Notes: generated by a model from the letters alone, not told the origin. DNA of 64,000 nt from Gammaproteobacteria bacterium (GCA_003646415.1 QNFS01000001.1:15068-79067); one strand, 5' to 3'; shown: positions 7,130-16,860, counted from the stretch's first letter. Numbers and translations are program-made.

Positions 7130-9262
7130 ATGAAAAAAGTCGTCAGTATCAGCCTGGGTTCCAGCAACCTCGATTACAGCTTCAGGACAAAATTCCTTGG
7201 TCAGAATTTTCAGATCGTGCGCATCGGGACGGACAGGAATATTCGGACAGCGGAAAAGCATCTTCGGGAGTGGCGCAGCAAGGCTGATGCTATTGGGCTC
7301 GGCATGGTGCAAGGCCAATATTGGGTGGGCACAAACTGCTTCCCCCAACAAAGCACCCAAAAACTGGAAAAACTGGCGGGTGATACACCGGTAAGCACTG
7401 GCGCCAGATTGCGGGAAATCGTACAGGAGTGGTCTCTGCGCTCAGCCCAGGCGGAACTCGGGAGCATCTTCAATAACGCCAAGGTGCTGTTCCTGTCTGG
7501 CGCGACCAACTACCGGATGGCGTCGATCATGGCGGAATACACCCAGAACCTGTCCTTTGCAGATCCCGTGTTGCAGTTCGGAGCCCCCAACCTGTTGCAC
7601 TCATTGCGCACTCTTGAGTTATACGCCGCAGGCAGCCACCCGATCATCCGCTACAAAACCATCGCGGCGTTGGTACCGTCACTTGCGCCCGTCAAGTTCC
7701 TCAACAGGCTCATACTGAAAAATGCCATCAAGCATGCAGATGTTATCGTCGCCTCCTATGACCAGTTGCAGCGCTACGACAGGGAAGAGTTGGCGGGAAA
7801 AACGGTCCTGACATCGTCTATCTCAGCACAGCGACTGAAGATATTGAAGGAAAAAGGAGTACGCCTGGTTATCGACTGCAGCATTCAACTGTTTAAGCAA
7901 ACGGTCGGGCTGAATGTTGTGGAAGCAATGTTCATGGCCGCACTGGAGAAAAAAGCTGAGAATATTTCACACGACGACTACCTGGAAATATTTACCGACC
8001 TGGATCTCAAACCAAGAATCCTTTACCCAACAAAGGGAAAAAAGCAAATCAATCGCTTCGCATTTGTTATCCATCCACTCGCGCAGAAATACCTGCTTAA
8101 TTTGAAACCCCTGGAGCTTGCGTCAAAGGTTTCACCGCCGGCGGTAATGAACATTGTCGAAAAGGCCGCAGCCTACTCGCCGCCATTTGTCTACTCGAAA
8201 GTCGAGGGTATCATCTCGCCCACTGGGGTTGAAGCGGAGGGTTGGTTGATTTCTGTCGGCGGCACCCCAAAGCAGATCATGTCACACAGCCCGGAATTCA
8301 CCTATCGCCAGTTATTGGCCGCCGCGGACATGGCGAAAAAGCTGGGAGCCCAAATCATGGGTCTGGGAGCATTCACCAAAGTTGTTGGTGATGCGGGTGT
8401 TACCGTGGCGAAGCGGGCTCCGCTGCCTATCACCACCGGGAACAGCTACAGCGCTTCCGGTGCGTTATGGGCCGCACATGATGCCGTTGCCAGGCTGGGG
8501 CTGGTCAAGCTGTCGAAAGGCGAAAAAATCAAAGGCAAAGCCATGGTTGTTGGCGCAACCGGGGCGATCGGCGGCGCCTGTGCCCGCCTTTTGGCCAGAA
8601 CAGCGGAGGAGGTACATCTGGTATCACCGGAATCGGCAAAACTGCTGGTCCTGGAAAAGTCCATACTCAAAGAGTCACCGGCCACAAAGCTGGTCCTGTC
8701 GTCATACGCGGACAGTGACAAGAACATCGGCGACATGGATATGATTGTCACGGCGACATCCGGGGCGGGCAAGAAAATCCTGGATATCATGAAAGTAAAA
8801 CCGGGCTGTGTGATAACGGATGTCGCCCGCCCCCTTGATCTGCCTGCTGAGGAGGTCGAAAAACGTCCCGACGTGCTGGTCATCGAGTCAGGTGAAGTTT
8901 ATCTGCCAGGCGATGTCCGCATGAAGCAAATCGGGTTCGAGGATCACAATGTAGTGTATGCTTGCCTGGCAGAGACCATCGTACTGACTTTGGAAGGGCG
9001 ATTCGAGAACTTCACCGTGGGCCGGAATATCGAGTGGGAGAAAGTCCATGAAATATACAAGCTCGGACTGAAGCACGGTATGCGGCTGGCCGCTATTTCA
9101 GGTGTCAACGGTGTTTTCTCGGACAAGGATATCGCTACGATTCGAAAATTGGCACTGGAAGCGAGAAAAACGTGGCAAGGCGGCTCCGCGACCACCCCGG
9201 CCCGCGCCAGGCAGACGCCCGCAAAAAAACGACGGACGGCACACAAATCAGCACGCGGTTAA
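7130..9262 (+). CDS. two-domain protein: uncharacterised N-terminal domain fused to an acyl-ACP reductase-like (sll0209/AAR family) NAD(P)-binding domain
   Basis: The C-terminal ~370 aa aligns by eye with cyanobacterial acyl-ACP reductase. Shared segments are FAFVIHPL, GLGAFTKVVGD, TTGNSYSA, VVGATGAIGGACARLLA, VYACLAETIVLTLEG and FTVGRNIEWEKV. The N-terminal ~300 aa (MKKVVSISLGSS...RIGTD...) resembles stand-alone proteins annotated as quinate 5-dehydrogenase, as far as I remember. The C-terminus has a basic tail. Confidence 0.7.
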   Translation: MKKVVSISLGSSNLDYSFRTKFLGQNFQIVRIGTDRNIRTAEKHLREWRSKADAIGLGMVQGQYWVGTNCFPQQSTQKLEKLAGDTPVSTGARLREIVQEWSLRSAQAELGSIFNNAKVLFLSGATNYRMASIMAEYTQNLSFADPVLQFGAPNLLHSLRTLELYAAGSHPIIRYKTIAALVPSLAPVKFLNRLILKNAIKHADVIVASYDQLQRYDREELAGKTVLTSSISAQRLKILKEKGVRLVIDCSIQLFKQTVGLNVVEAMFMAALEKKAENISHDDYLEIFTDLDLKPRILYPTKGKKQINRFAFVIHPLAQKYLLNLKPLELASKVSPPAVMNIVEKAAAYSPPFVYSKVEGIISPTGVEAEGWLISVGGTPKQIMSHSPEFTYRQLLAAADMAKKLGAQIMGLGAFTKVVGDAGVTVAKRAPLPITTGNSYSASGALWAAHDAVARLGLVKLSKGEKIKGKAMVVGATGAIGGACARLLARTAEEVHLVSPESAKLLVLEKSILKESPATKLVLSSYADSDKNIGDMDMIVTATSGAGKKILDIMKVKPGCVITDVARPLDLPAEEVEKRPDVLVIESGEVYLPGDVRMKQIGFEDHNVVYACLAETIVLTLEGRFENFTVGRNIEWEKVHEIYKLGLKHGMRLAAISGVNGVFSDKDIATIRKLALEARKTWQGGSATTPARARQTPAKKRRTAHKSARG

Positions 9263-9417
9263 ATTACATGGTCAAGTTACGCGGCTAAGTAGAGTCGTTG
9301 TTTGACCCGGTGTCTGGCGAGTAGCCAGGTTCAAAAAATAAACTCTCCTTAACTCCTCAGTTTATTTTTGTGCTAACTTGGGTCAGAATCTCCCCACCCG
9401 GTACCGAAGGAACTGAC

Positions 9418-9636
9418 ATGGATCTGATGGAAATTTCTGAGAAGCGTAAGATGGGGCGTGAAGAGACCGCGAAGTTGTTGCACCGGCTCGCCGACTCGCT
9501 AGCACGCCACAACGAGGTGGAATTCACACGTAACGGGAAGAGTTTCCACATTCACGTACCGAACCAGGTCACAGTCGAAGTCGAACTTGAGGTGGAGAGC
9601 GACGAGTCCAGTATCGAGATCGAAATCAGCTGGTGA
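9418..9636 (+). CDS. amphi-Trp domain-containing small protein
   Basis: 72 aa ending ...VEVELEVESDESSIEIEISW. An aagga RBS precedes the ATG at 9418. Confidence 0.6.
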   Translation: MDLMEISEKRKMGREETAKLLHRLADSLARHNEVEFTRNGKSFHIHVPNQVTVEVELEVESDESSIEIEISW

Positions 9637-9670
9637 ATCGAGGCAGGGTTAGCCTAGTGGAGCCGGTTGA

Positions 9671-11158
9671 GTGACAGAGCAGATTTCCATCCAGGACCAG
9701 GGGCAGGGCTTATACCCGATTACCGAGCAGGTACGCGTCGAACTCCTGCACCGCTTGCGGCAGGTACTGCCGTCCGACAGTCTCATAGTGGAACAGGAGT
9801 CCCAGCGGCCATTCGAATGCGATGCGCTGATGCTGTACCGGGATTTGCCACTGGTGGTGGTACTACCTGCAACCGTCGAGCAGGTGCGGGATGTGTTGCG
9901 CATCTGCCACCAGCTGAATGTGCCAGTCGTTGCCCGGGGTTCGGGAACCGGTCTCTGCGCCGGGGCCATGCCACACCCGGAGGGTGTATTGCTGGGCCTC
10001 AGCAAGTTGGACCGCATACTGGACATAGACCCTCTGGCCCGCACCGCCCGGGTGCAGAGCGGGGTGAGTAATTTATCTATATCTGATGCGGCAGCCGCCC
10101 ATGGGCTGTACTACGCCCCCGATCCCTCCTCCCAGATCGCCTGTAGCATCGGCGGCAACGTAGCGGAAAACTCCGGCGGCGTTCACTGTCTTAAATACGG
10201 GCTCACCGTGCACAACGTACTATCCCTGGAGTTGCTCACCGTGGAGGGCGAACGACTCACCGTCGGCAGCCAGGGACTGGACAGTCCGGGCTACGACCTG
10301 ATGGCATTGTTCACAGGCTCTGAAGGTTTGCTCGGGGTTGTGACGGAAGTCACCGTGCGCCTGCTGCCCTGCCCCGAGGTTGCACGGGTAGTGATGGCCG
10401 GCTTCGATACGGTAAACGCGGCAGGCGATGCAGTAGGCGCTGTTATCGCCGCCGGCATTATCCCCGCGGGCCTGGAAATGATGGACCGGCTGGCGATACA
10501 GGCAGCCGATGACTTTGCCCGGGCGGGCTACCCCAGGGACGCCGAGGCCATGCTGCTGTGTGAGGTAGACGGCACCGGCGAGGAAGTGGCGGAACATACT
10601 GCGAAAATAGAAAGCCTGTTCAGGGAACTGGGGGCAAGCTCTATCATGGTTTCCCAAAACGAAACAGAACGCGCGTTGTTATGGAAAGGCCGCAAATCAG
10701 CCTTCCCCGCTGTGGGCCGCCTGGCCCCCGATTACCTTTGCATGGACGGTACCATTCCCCGCGGCCAGGTATCCTTTGTACTCAATGAAATCTCCCGTTT
10801 ATCGCAGCAATACAAGCTGCGTGTTGCCAATGTATTTCATGCCGGCGACGGCAACCTGCACCCACTCATACTGTATGATGCCAGTGACCCACTCGAAGTG
10901 CGCAAGGCAGAGGAATTCGGTAGCGAGATACTGCAGCTATCGGTCCAGGTAGGTGGCTGCATCACCGGTGAACACGGGGTGGGACTGGAAAAGCTGCGCC
11001 AGATGCCCAGCCAGTTCAGCACAGCGGAATTGTTGCAATTCGAGGAGGTAAAACACGCATTCGACCCCGCCCTCACCCTCAATCCGGGGAAGGGCGTACC
11101 CATTCTCAAGCGCTGCCAGGAATACCGGGCTCTACCCGCCAGGCACCAGCATGACTGA
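9671..11158 (+). CDS. glcD: glycolate oxidase subunit GlcD (FAD-linked oxidase)
   Basis: 495 aa with FAD-binding PCMH-type and C-terminal oxidase domains. It is followed by glcE and glcF. GTG start. Confidence 0.9.
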   Translation: MTEQISIQDQGQGLYPITEQVRVELLHRLRQVLPSDSLIVEQESQRPFECDALMLYRDLPLVVVLPATVEQVRDVLRICHQLNVPVVARGSGTGLCAGAMPHPEGVLLGLSKLDRILDIDPLARTARVQSGVSNLSISDAAAAHGLYYAPDPSSQIACSIGGNVAENSGGVHCLKYGLTVHNVLSLELLTVEGERLTVGSQGLDSPGYDLMALFTGSEGLLGVVTEVTVRLLPCPEVARVVMAGFDTVNAAGDAVGAVIAAGIIPAGLEMMDRLAIQAADDFARAGYPRDAEAMLLCEVDGTGEEVAEHTAKIESLFRELGASSIMVSQNETERALLWKGRKSAFPAVGRLAPDYLCMDGTIPRGQVSFVLNEISRLSQQYKLRVANVFHAGDGNLHPLILYDASDPLEVRKAEEFGSEILQLSVQVGGCITGEHGVGLEKLRQMPSQFSTAELLQFEEVKHAFDPALTLNPGKGVPILKRCQEYRALPARHQHD

Positions 11159-12242
11159 AGGCAGCACCATTGATGCCAGCCCCGGGGACCTCAGCCAGCA
11201 CATCATCGGGGCGGTAATCGAGGCACGCAGCGCGCAACAGCCTTTATATATCAACGCCGGTGGCAGTAAACGCCACCTGGTAGGGCGCGATTGCAACGCC
11301 CGGGTACTGGATGTATCGGGGCACACTGGCATCGTTGAATATCACCCGGGCGAGTTGGTGATCACTGCCCGTGCCGGCACACTGTTAACCCGGCTGACGG
11401 ATGCCCTGCATGAGCATGGGCAAATGCTGTCCTTCGACCCTCCCCTGTTCGATGGCAAAGCCACACTCGGCGGCACCCTGGCCTGTAACCTGTCCGGCCC
11501 GGCAAGGCCCTGGAGCGGTTCTGTGCGCGACATGGTGCTGGGCGTACAGTTGATCAATGGCAAGGGCGAGTTGCTCAACTTCGGTGGCAAGGTAATAAAG
11601 AATGTAGCCGGCTACGACGTTTCCCGGCTACAGGCTGGAGCACTGGGCACACTGGGCGTACTGAGCGAAATCAGCCTCAAGGTCCTGCCCAGATACGAGC
11701 ACTGCCTCAGTTTGAGCTATGAAATGACGGCGCAGGAAGCCGTCGACACCATGAATCAACGGGCCGCCCAACCCAAACCCCTTCAAGGCGCATTCTGGGT
11801 GGACGGCAGGTTACACCTGCGCCTCGCGGGAGCGATGGATGCTGTGGAACACACCGCCAGGCAATGGGGAGGGGAGGTCCTGGGCGCTTCTGACACAAGC
11901 TGGTGTGACCTGCGCGACATGAGTTTGCCTTTTTTTGCCGGGGATGCCCCGCTGTGGCGCTTTTCCATAAAGGCCACTGCGCCGGCAAATACCGCACTGG
12001 GAAACACCCTGATCGACTGGTGCGGCGCGCAGCGTTGGGTGCGCGGCGATCACGACAGCGCTGTACTGCGGGAAACTGCTGCTGCAGGCGAAGGTCATGT
12101 CACCCTGTTCCGCGGCGGTGATCGCAGCAGTGAAGTGCGATCAACCTTGAGCGCCGTGGAGCAACGCCTGCAGCAGCGGCTCAAACATTCCTTCGACCCG
12201 GATGGCATTCTCAATCCCGGTCGCCTGTATAGCTGGTTGTAG
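11151..12242 (+). CDS. glcE: glycolate oxidase FAD-binding subunit GlcE
   Basis: 363 aa. ATGA overlap with the glcD stop. The position between glcD and glcF fits. Confidence 0.85.
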   Translation: MTEGSTIDASPGDLSQHIIGAVIEARSAQQPLYINAGGSKRHLVGRDCNARVLDVSGHTGIVEYHPGELVITARAGTLLTRLTDALHEHGQMLSFDPPLFDGKATLGGTLACNLSGPARPWSGSVRDMVLGVQLINGKGELLNFGGKVIKNVAGYDVSRLQAGALGTLGVLSEISLKVLPRYEHCLSLSYEMTAQEAVDTMNQRAAQPKPLQGAFWVDGRLHLRLAGAMDAVEHTARQWGGEVLGASDTSWCDLRDMSLPFFAGDAPLWRFSIKATAPANTALGNTLIDWCGAQRWVRGDHDSAVLRETAAAGEGHVTLFRGGDRSSEVRSTLSAVEQRLQQRLKHSFDPDGILNPGRLYSWL

Positions 12243-12252
12243 GAGCACACGT

Positions 12253-13476
12253 ATGCACGTGGAGTTGCATCCTATTTTTGCCGATACAACTGAAGGCAAA
12301 ACCGCCAGGGGCCTGGCCGGCGCCTGTGTTCACTGCGGCTTTTGCCTGGAGACCTGCCCCACGTACCTGGACTCCAGGGACGAAAGAGACAGCCCACGGG
12401 GGCGTATTTACCTGATCAAGCAACTATTGGAAACCGGTGCCGCCAGTGGACAAACCCACAAACACCTGGACCGCTGCCTTACCTGCCGCAGTTGCGAGAC
12501 TACATGCCCGTCCGGCATGCAGTAGGTACGCCTGGTGGATATCGGTCGCGGCCTGATGGAGCAGCGGGTTCCCAGGCCCGTCTATAGCCGGGGCTTGCGC
12601 TGGTTATTGCGCTTCGTATTATCCCGGCCTCGATTGTTCGCTGCCGCGCTGGCAATGGGACAGGCGGTGCGGCCAATACTCCCAAAAACATTGCGCGACA
12701 AGGTGCCACCGCGCCAGTCCCGCAAACCACTGCCCACGGCGCAACACCCGCGCCAGATGCTGATACTGGAAGGCTGTGCGCAAAGCGCTGCCACGCCCAA
12801 TACCAATGACGCAGCGCGACGCGTACTCGACAGGTTGGGCATTACACTTATTGCCGCCCCCCGGGCGGGATGTTGCGGCGCTGTAAACTACCATCTGGCG
12901 GCACATAAGGACGGACTGGACAACATGCGGCGCAATATAGACGCCTGGTGGCCTTATATTGAAAGCGGCGCCGAGGCGATTGTTAACACTGCCTCCGGCT
13001 GCGGCAGCATGCTGGTGGAGTATGGCGAGCTATTGGCTCACGACCAGGCCTATGCGCACAAGGCAAAGCGCATATCACACCTGACCCGGGACATAGGCGA
13101 AGTACTGCTACGGGAAGATTTGAGTGGACTAGCTGTTAACACCACCATAGGCAAGGTCGCCGTGCACACCCCCTGCACACTGCAACATGCCCTGGGACTA
13201 CCCGATCTGGTGCCAGAGCTGCTGGGACGGGCCGGGTTCGAACTGGCACAGACAACTGACAAGCATTTATGTTGCGGCTCCGCAGGAACCTATTCGATCC
13301 TGCAGGCGCCGACCAGCGAGCGCCTGCGCGACAATAAACTGCAGGCCCTGACCGGCGACGCACCTGCCCTGATTGCCACAGCCAATGTCGGCTGCCAGCT
13401 TCATATGCAGGGCGCGGCGGGTATTCCCGTGGCGCACTGGATCGAGCTGCTCGATACTAACGCCCCTGCCACCTGA
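12253..13476 (+). pseudogene. glcF: glycolate oxidase iron-sulfur subunit GlcF, interrupted by an in-frame TAG at 12523..12525
   Basis: Both track ORFs (12202..12525 and 12535..13476) are in the same frame. Together they align along E. coli GlcF (CVHCGFC..CPTY, CLTCRSCETTCPSG, CCGSAG). The stop falls where E. coli has Tyr (PSGVRYHNLLDIGR versus PSGMQ*VRLVDIGR). Confidence 0.8.
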
Positions 13477-13581
13477 TAACAGGGAAACCTCTCGATCTTG
13501 CAATTAATTTGACCGACATCATTGTGATACCGGTAACTCTGCTATATTGAGTAAGTAATACAGTGTTGACGGTGGATAACT

Positions 13582-15255
13582 ATGGCCGACCCAAAAGACA
13601 AACTGCTGCTCGACGCAGCGTATGAGTGGGAAAAAAACAGTCCAAACCGGGTTTACATGACCCAGCCCCTGGGCGACGGGAAAGTCGTGGATTACACCTG
13701 GGCCGAGACCATGAATGAGGCGCGCAGGATGGCCGCCCACCTGCGCTCGCTGGATCTTCCGGAGCACAGCCACATCGCGCTGATCTCCAAAAACTGCGCG
13801 CATTTTGTCATGTGCGACCTGGCCATTTGGATGGCCGGGCATGCGACGATCGCCCTCTACCCCACCCTGAATGCGGATACCGTCAAGTATATCCTGGACC
13901 ACTCGGATTCCCGCCTGGTGTTTATTGGCAAGCTGGACGACTGGGATGACCTGAAACTCGGCATTCCCGACAGTCTGCCCAAGATAGCGCTGCCATTGGC
14001 GCCGAAGACGGACTTCGACAAGTGGGACGACATAATCGCCCGTAACGAACCGATTACCGACAGCCCGTCACCCCCGGGGGAGCAACTGGCGCTGATGTGC
14101 TACACCTCCGGCAGCACGGGGCGGCCCAAAGGTGTCATGCACTCCTTCGCCTCCGCCTCGATTCCGGCTCAGGGCTTTGGCCGGGAGTTGGAAATCACTA
14201 CTGACGACCGGATACTGTCCTATCTGCCACTGGCCCATGTGATGGAGCGTGCGACGGTGGAATGTGCCTCATTTTACACGGGGACGCACATCTACTTTGC
14301 GGATAGCCTGAACACCTTCCTGCAAGACCTGCACCGGGCCCGCCCCACCCTGTTTATTTCAGTACCGCGCCTGTGGCTCAAATTCCAGCTCGGTGTCTTC
14401 CAGAAATTTCCAGAGAAAAAACTGGATCGCCTGCTGAAAATCCCGCTGATTGGCCATATTGTGCGCAAAAAAATCGTGGAGGGCCTGGGCCTGGGCGATG
14501 TGCGTATAGCAGGCAGCGGATCGGCCCCTCTTCCAGCAGACCTGATCGAATGGTACGACAGGCTTGGCCTGCACATTATCGAGGGCTACGGCATGAGCGA
14601 GGATTTCGCCTACTCCCACATGTCCACTCCCCAAAAGCGCAAACCGGGCTATGTCGGTGTGGCCTGGAGCGATGTACAGACCAGGGTCAGTGACGGTGGC
14701 GAGATCCAGCTAAAGTCACCGGGAGATATGGTGGGATATTACAAAGCCCCGGAAATGACCGCTGAATGCTATACGGAAGATGGCTTCTTCAAGACCGGCG
14801 ACAGGGGCGAATATTCCCCTGAAGGACTGCTAAGAATCACCGGGCGGACCAAGGAGTTGTTCAAAACCAGCAAGGGCAAATACGTGGCGCCGGTCCCGAT
14901 TGAAAACCTGTTAAATTGCAACAGCAACATCGAGCTTTCATGCGTATCGGGTTCCGGTCGCCCCGCCTGTTATGCCGTCTTGCAACTGGCGGAGGAATTG
15001 CATGCCAAAATTGACGACCAGAGCGTTCGCGACGAGATAACAGCGCAGTTGGAGGCCTTGCTAAAAGAGGTCAACACCCAGGTGGAAGGCTATGAGCAAA
15101 TGCAGTTTTTAGCTGTGGCTATAGACACATGGGACATCACCAATGACTTCCTGACACCCACCCTCAAAATCAAGCGCAACGTGGTCGAGGAGGCCTATGC
15201 TCCCCACCTGGACGAGTGGTACGCTTCAGGACAAAAGGTGATCTGGCAAGCTTAG
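13582..15255 (+). CDS. AMP-dependent synthetase/ligase (long-chain acyl-CoA synthetase-like)
   Basis: Carries the YTSGSTGRPKGV AMP-binding motif, GYGMSE, and the TGD...GR.KE motifs. Confidence 0.85.
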   Translation: MADPKDKLLLDAAYEWEKNSPNRVYMTQPLGDGKVVDYTWAETMNEARRMAAHLRSLDLPEHSHIALISKNCAHFVMCDLAIWMAGHATIALYPTLNADTVKYILDHSDSRLVFIGKLDDWDDLKLGIPDSLPKIALPLAPKTDFDKWDDIIARNEPITDSPSPPGEQLALMCYTSGSTGRPKGVMHSFASASIPAQGFGRELEITTDDRILSYLPLAHVMERATVECASFYTGTHIYFADSLNTFLQDLHRARPTLFISVPRLWLKFQLGVFQKFPEKKLDRLLKIPLIGHIVRKKIVEGLGLGDVRIAGSGSAPLPADLIEWYDRLGLHIIEGYGMSEDFAYSHMSTPQKRKPGYVGVAWSDVQTRVSDGGEIQLKSPGDMVGYYKAPEMTAECYTEDGFFKTGDRGEYSPEGLLRITGRTKELFKTSKGKYVAPVPIENLLNCNSNIELSCVSGSGRPACYAVLQLAEELHAKIDDQSVRDEITAQLEALLKEVNTQVEGYEQMQFLAVAIDTWDITNDFLTPTLKIKRNVVEEAYAPHLDEWYASGQKVIWQA

Positions 15256-15266
15256 GCGGATAACAG

Positions 15267-15710
15267 CTATAAAATCGCGGTTAACACACCATAGAAAAGC
15301 ACCAGAAATCCGCCGATTTCCGCAGTGATCAAGGTCCACATATACCCGGTGATAAACGCCCCCGGCAGCGGTGTCTGCCCCAGGTGAAATGGTGGTTTTA
15401 GCTGGTTATCAGTGTCGCGCAGCGCACCGTGCATCACGTACATAAGAATAGCGCTGGCAAAGTACAGCAGAGGCAAGCTCACAGCCCATATTTCCACACT
15501 GGGCGGCAGTTGGCTGATTTCACAGAACCTCGCCAACAGCAAGGCCGCGAAGCTGTACAGCAATGATGCCCGGTGTGCGATATCCACGTAGGGGTGCGCC
15601 GTAGCACTGTCGCTGGATTTGATTTGTAAGTATTTCCAGACGCCAGTCAGCAATCCGCTAAGAAAAAATACTCCCGCCGCTATGATAGCAATGGCTTCAG
15701 ACGTTTCCAT
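15267..15710 (-). CDS. hypothetical integral membrane protein (4 predicted helices)
   Basis: The ATG at 15710 gives METSEAIAIIAAGVFFLSGLL.... The upstream part of the track ORF runs through a REP element. I recognise no family. Confidence 0.5.
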   Translation of the reverse strand: METSEAIAIIAAGVFFLSGLLTGVWKYLQIKSSDSATAHPYVDIAHRASLLYSFAALLLARFCEISQLPPSVEIWAVSLPLLYFASAILMYVMHGALRDTDNQLKPPFHLGQTPLPGAFITGYMWTLITAEIGGFLVLFYGVLTAIL

Positions 15711-15758
15711 AATTTTCCCTTTGAGTGACCTGAGAAGCCTCTGATTAAGCCGGTTTTT

Positions 15759-15828
15759 GTCATTCCCGCAAAGGCGGGAATCTATAAAGTTCAGCATGTT
15801 ATGGACCCCCGCCTTCGCGGGGATGACT
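15759..15828. repeat. pair of inverted REP-like palindromes (BIME-like)
   Basis: gtcattcccgcaaaggcgggaatc (15759..15782) is paired with ggacccccgccttcgcggggatgact (15803..15828) in the opposite orientation. The pair lies in the intergenic gap between two minus-strand genes. Confidence 0.7.
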
Positions 15829-15843
15829 ATAATCAGGAGTTCC

Positions 15844-16185
15844 CTAAGCCTTTTTTACAAACTGCGATTTCAATTTCATGGCGCCGATACCGTCGATTTT
15901 ACAGTCGATATCATGGTCACCATCAACCAGGCGAATATTTTTAACCTTGGTGCCGACCTTGACCACGGATGATGAGCCTTTGACCTTCAGGTCCTTGATC
16001 ACAGTGACCGTATCACCATCTTGCAGCGCATTGCCGTTAGCATCCTTGACTACGGCATCGTCCTCGAGAGCGTCAGCGGCTGCATCCTTCGACCATTCAT
16101 GTGCGCATTCCGGGCACACGTAGAAACTGCCGTCATCGTAGGTGTACTGTGAACCACATTGTGGACAATTGGGCAAATCACTCAT
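15844..16185 (-). CDS. yjdM: zinc-ribbon protein YjdM/PhnA
   Basis: [23 protein letters not shown] plus the C-terminal [18 protein letters not shown] domain. aagga RBS. Confidence 0.9.
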   Translation of the reverse strand: MSDLPNCPQCGSQYTYDDGSFYVCPECAHEWSKDAAADALEDDAVVKDANGNALQDGDTVTVIKDLKVKGSSSVVKVGTKVKNIRLVDGDHDIDCKIDGIGAMKLKSQFVKKA

Positions 16186-16581
16186 ACTTTTTCCTTCAAC
16201 TTGGCAAACATTATCGTTCTCCCCCAACAATAGTAAACCACAGACCCCGGACGCCAGTTTAGACCGTAAACCTGATCATACACCAGACGCATTAATCATC
16301 CTCAGTGTCGTTTTTGTGCAAAACCGGATAGCACAATGCCCCCGCGGCGCCAAAACAGCACTTTTTAGTGATGATCTGCCGTTATTTTTACCAGGTATAT
16401 CAATAGATAGCGGAGGATTTTGCGATTCATCCGGGCTTTCCATGATTATGGTTATATAAAACAATCTACTCAGAACGAAACATTAGTCGACTTGCGATCC
16501 ACGCTCTGTTTTTATGAGGGTGTGCAAGAGGATATCCTCGCGATTTTCAGGACACCAAAACCCGCCACGGAGACAGACTCT

Positions 16582-16785
16582 ATGAGAAGACAGAAGCGCG
16601 ATATGAATTCAAGGGCATTCGACAAGGGCTACCAGGCCGGTGTAACAGGGCGCAGCAGTGATTTCTGCCCCCATGAGGATGAGGAACACCGCCACAATTG
16701 GATTGCAGGGTGGCGAGAGGGCCGCAGTGACCAATGGGATGGCCTTACTGGAGTATCCGGAGTTCACAAAATACGCGCGGTCTGA
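16582..16785 (+). CDS. rmf: ribosome modulation factor
   Basis: MRRQKRDMNSRAFDKGYQAGVTGRS...WIAGWREGR matches E. coli RMF (MKRQKRDRLERAHQRGYQAGIAGRS...WLGGWREA). ggaga RBS. Confidence 0.9.
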   Translation: MRRQKRDMNSRAFDKGYQAGVTGRSSDFCPHEDEEHRHNWIAGWREGRSDQWDGLTGVSGVHKIRAV

Positions 16786-16831
16786 TTCTCTCCAGAACAC
16801 ACCGCAACAAGAGTAACGTTTACCCCACCGG

Positions 16832-16849
16832 GCCGGATTAACGTCCGGC
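16832..16849. terminator. possible hairpin between convergent rmf and gdhB
   Basis: gccgga-ttaacg-tccggc stem-loop. There is no strong U-tract on either strand. Confidence 0.3.
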
Positions 16850-16860
16850 AGTCGGTTTAC

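Noticed and set aside
12523-12525. Programmed read-through or pyrrolysine decoding of the TAG in glcF
   Set aside because: No pyl genes or PYLIS-like context are visible, the organism type does not use Pyl, and the codon aligns with an ordinary conserved Tyr. A point mutation or sequencing error is far more likely.
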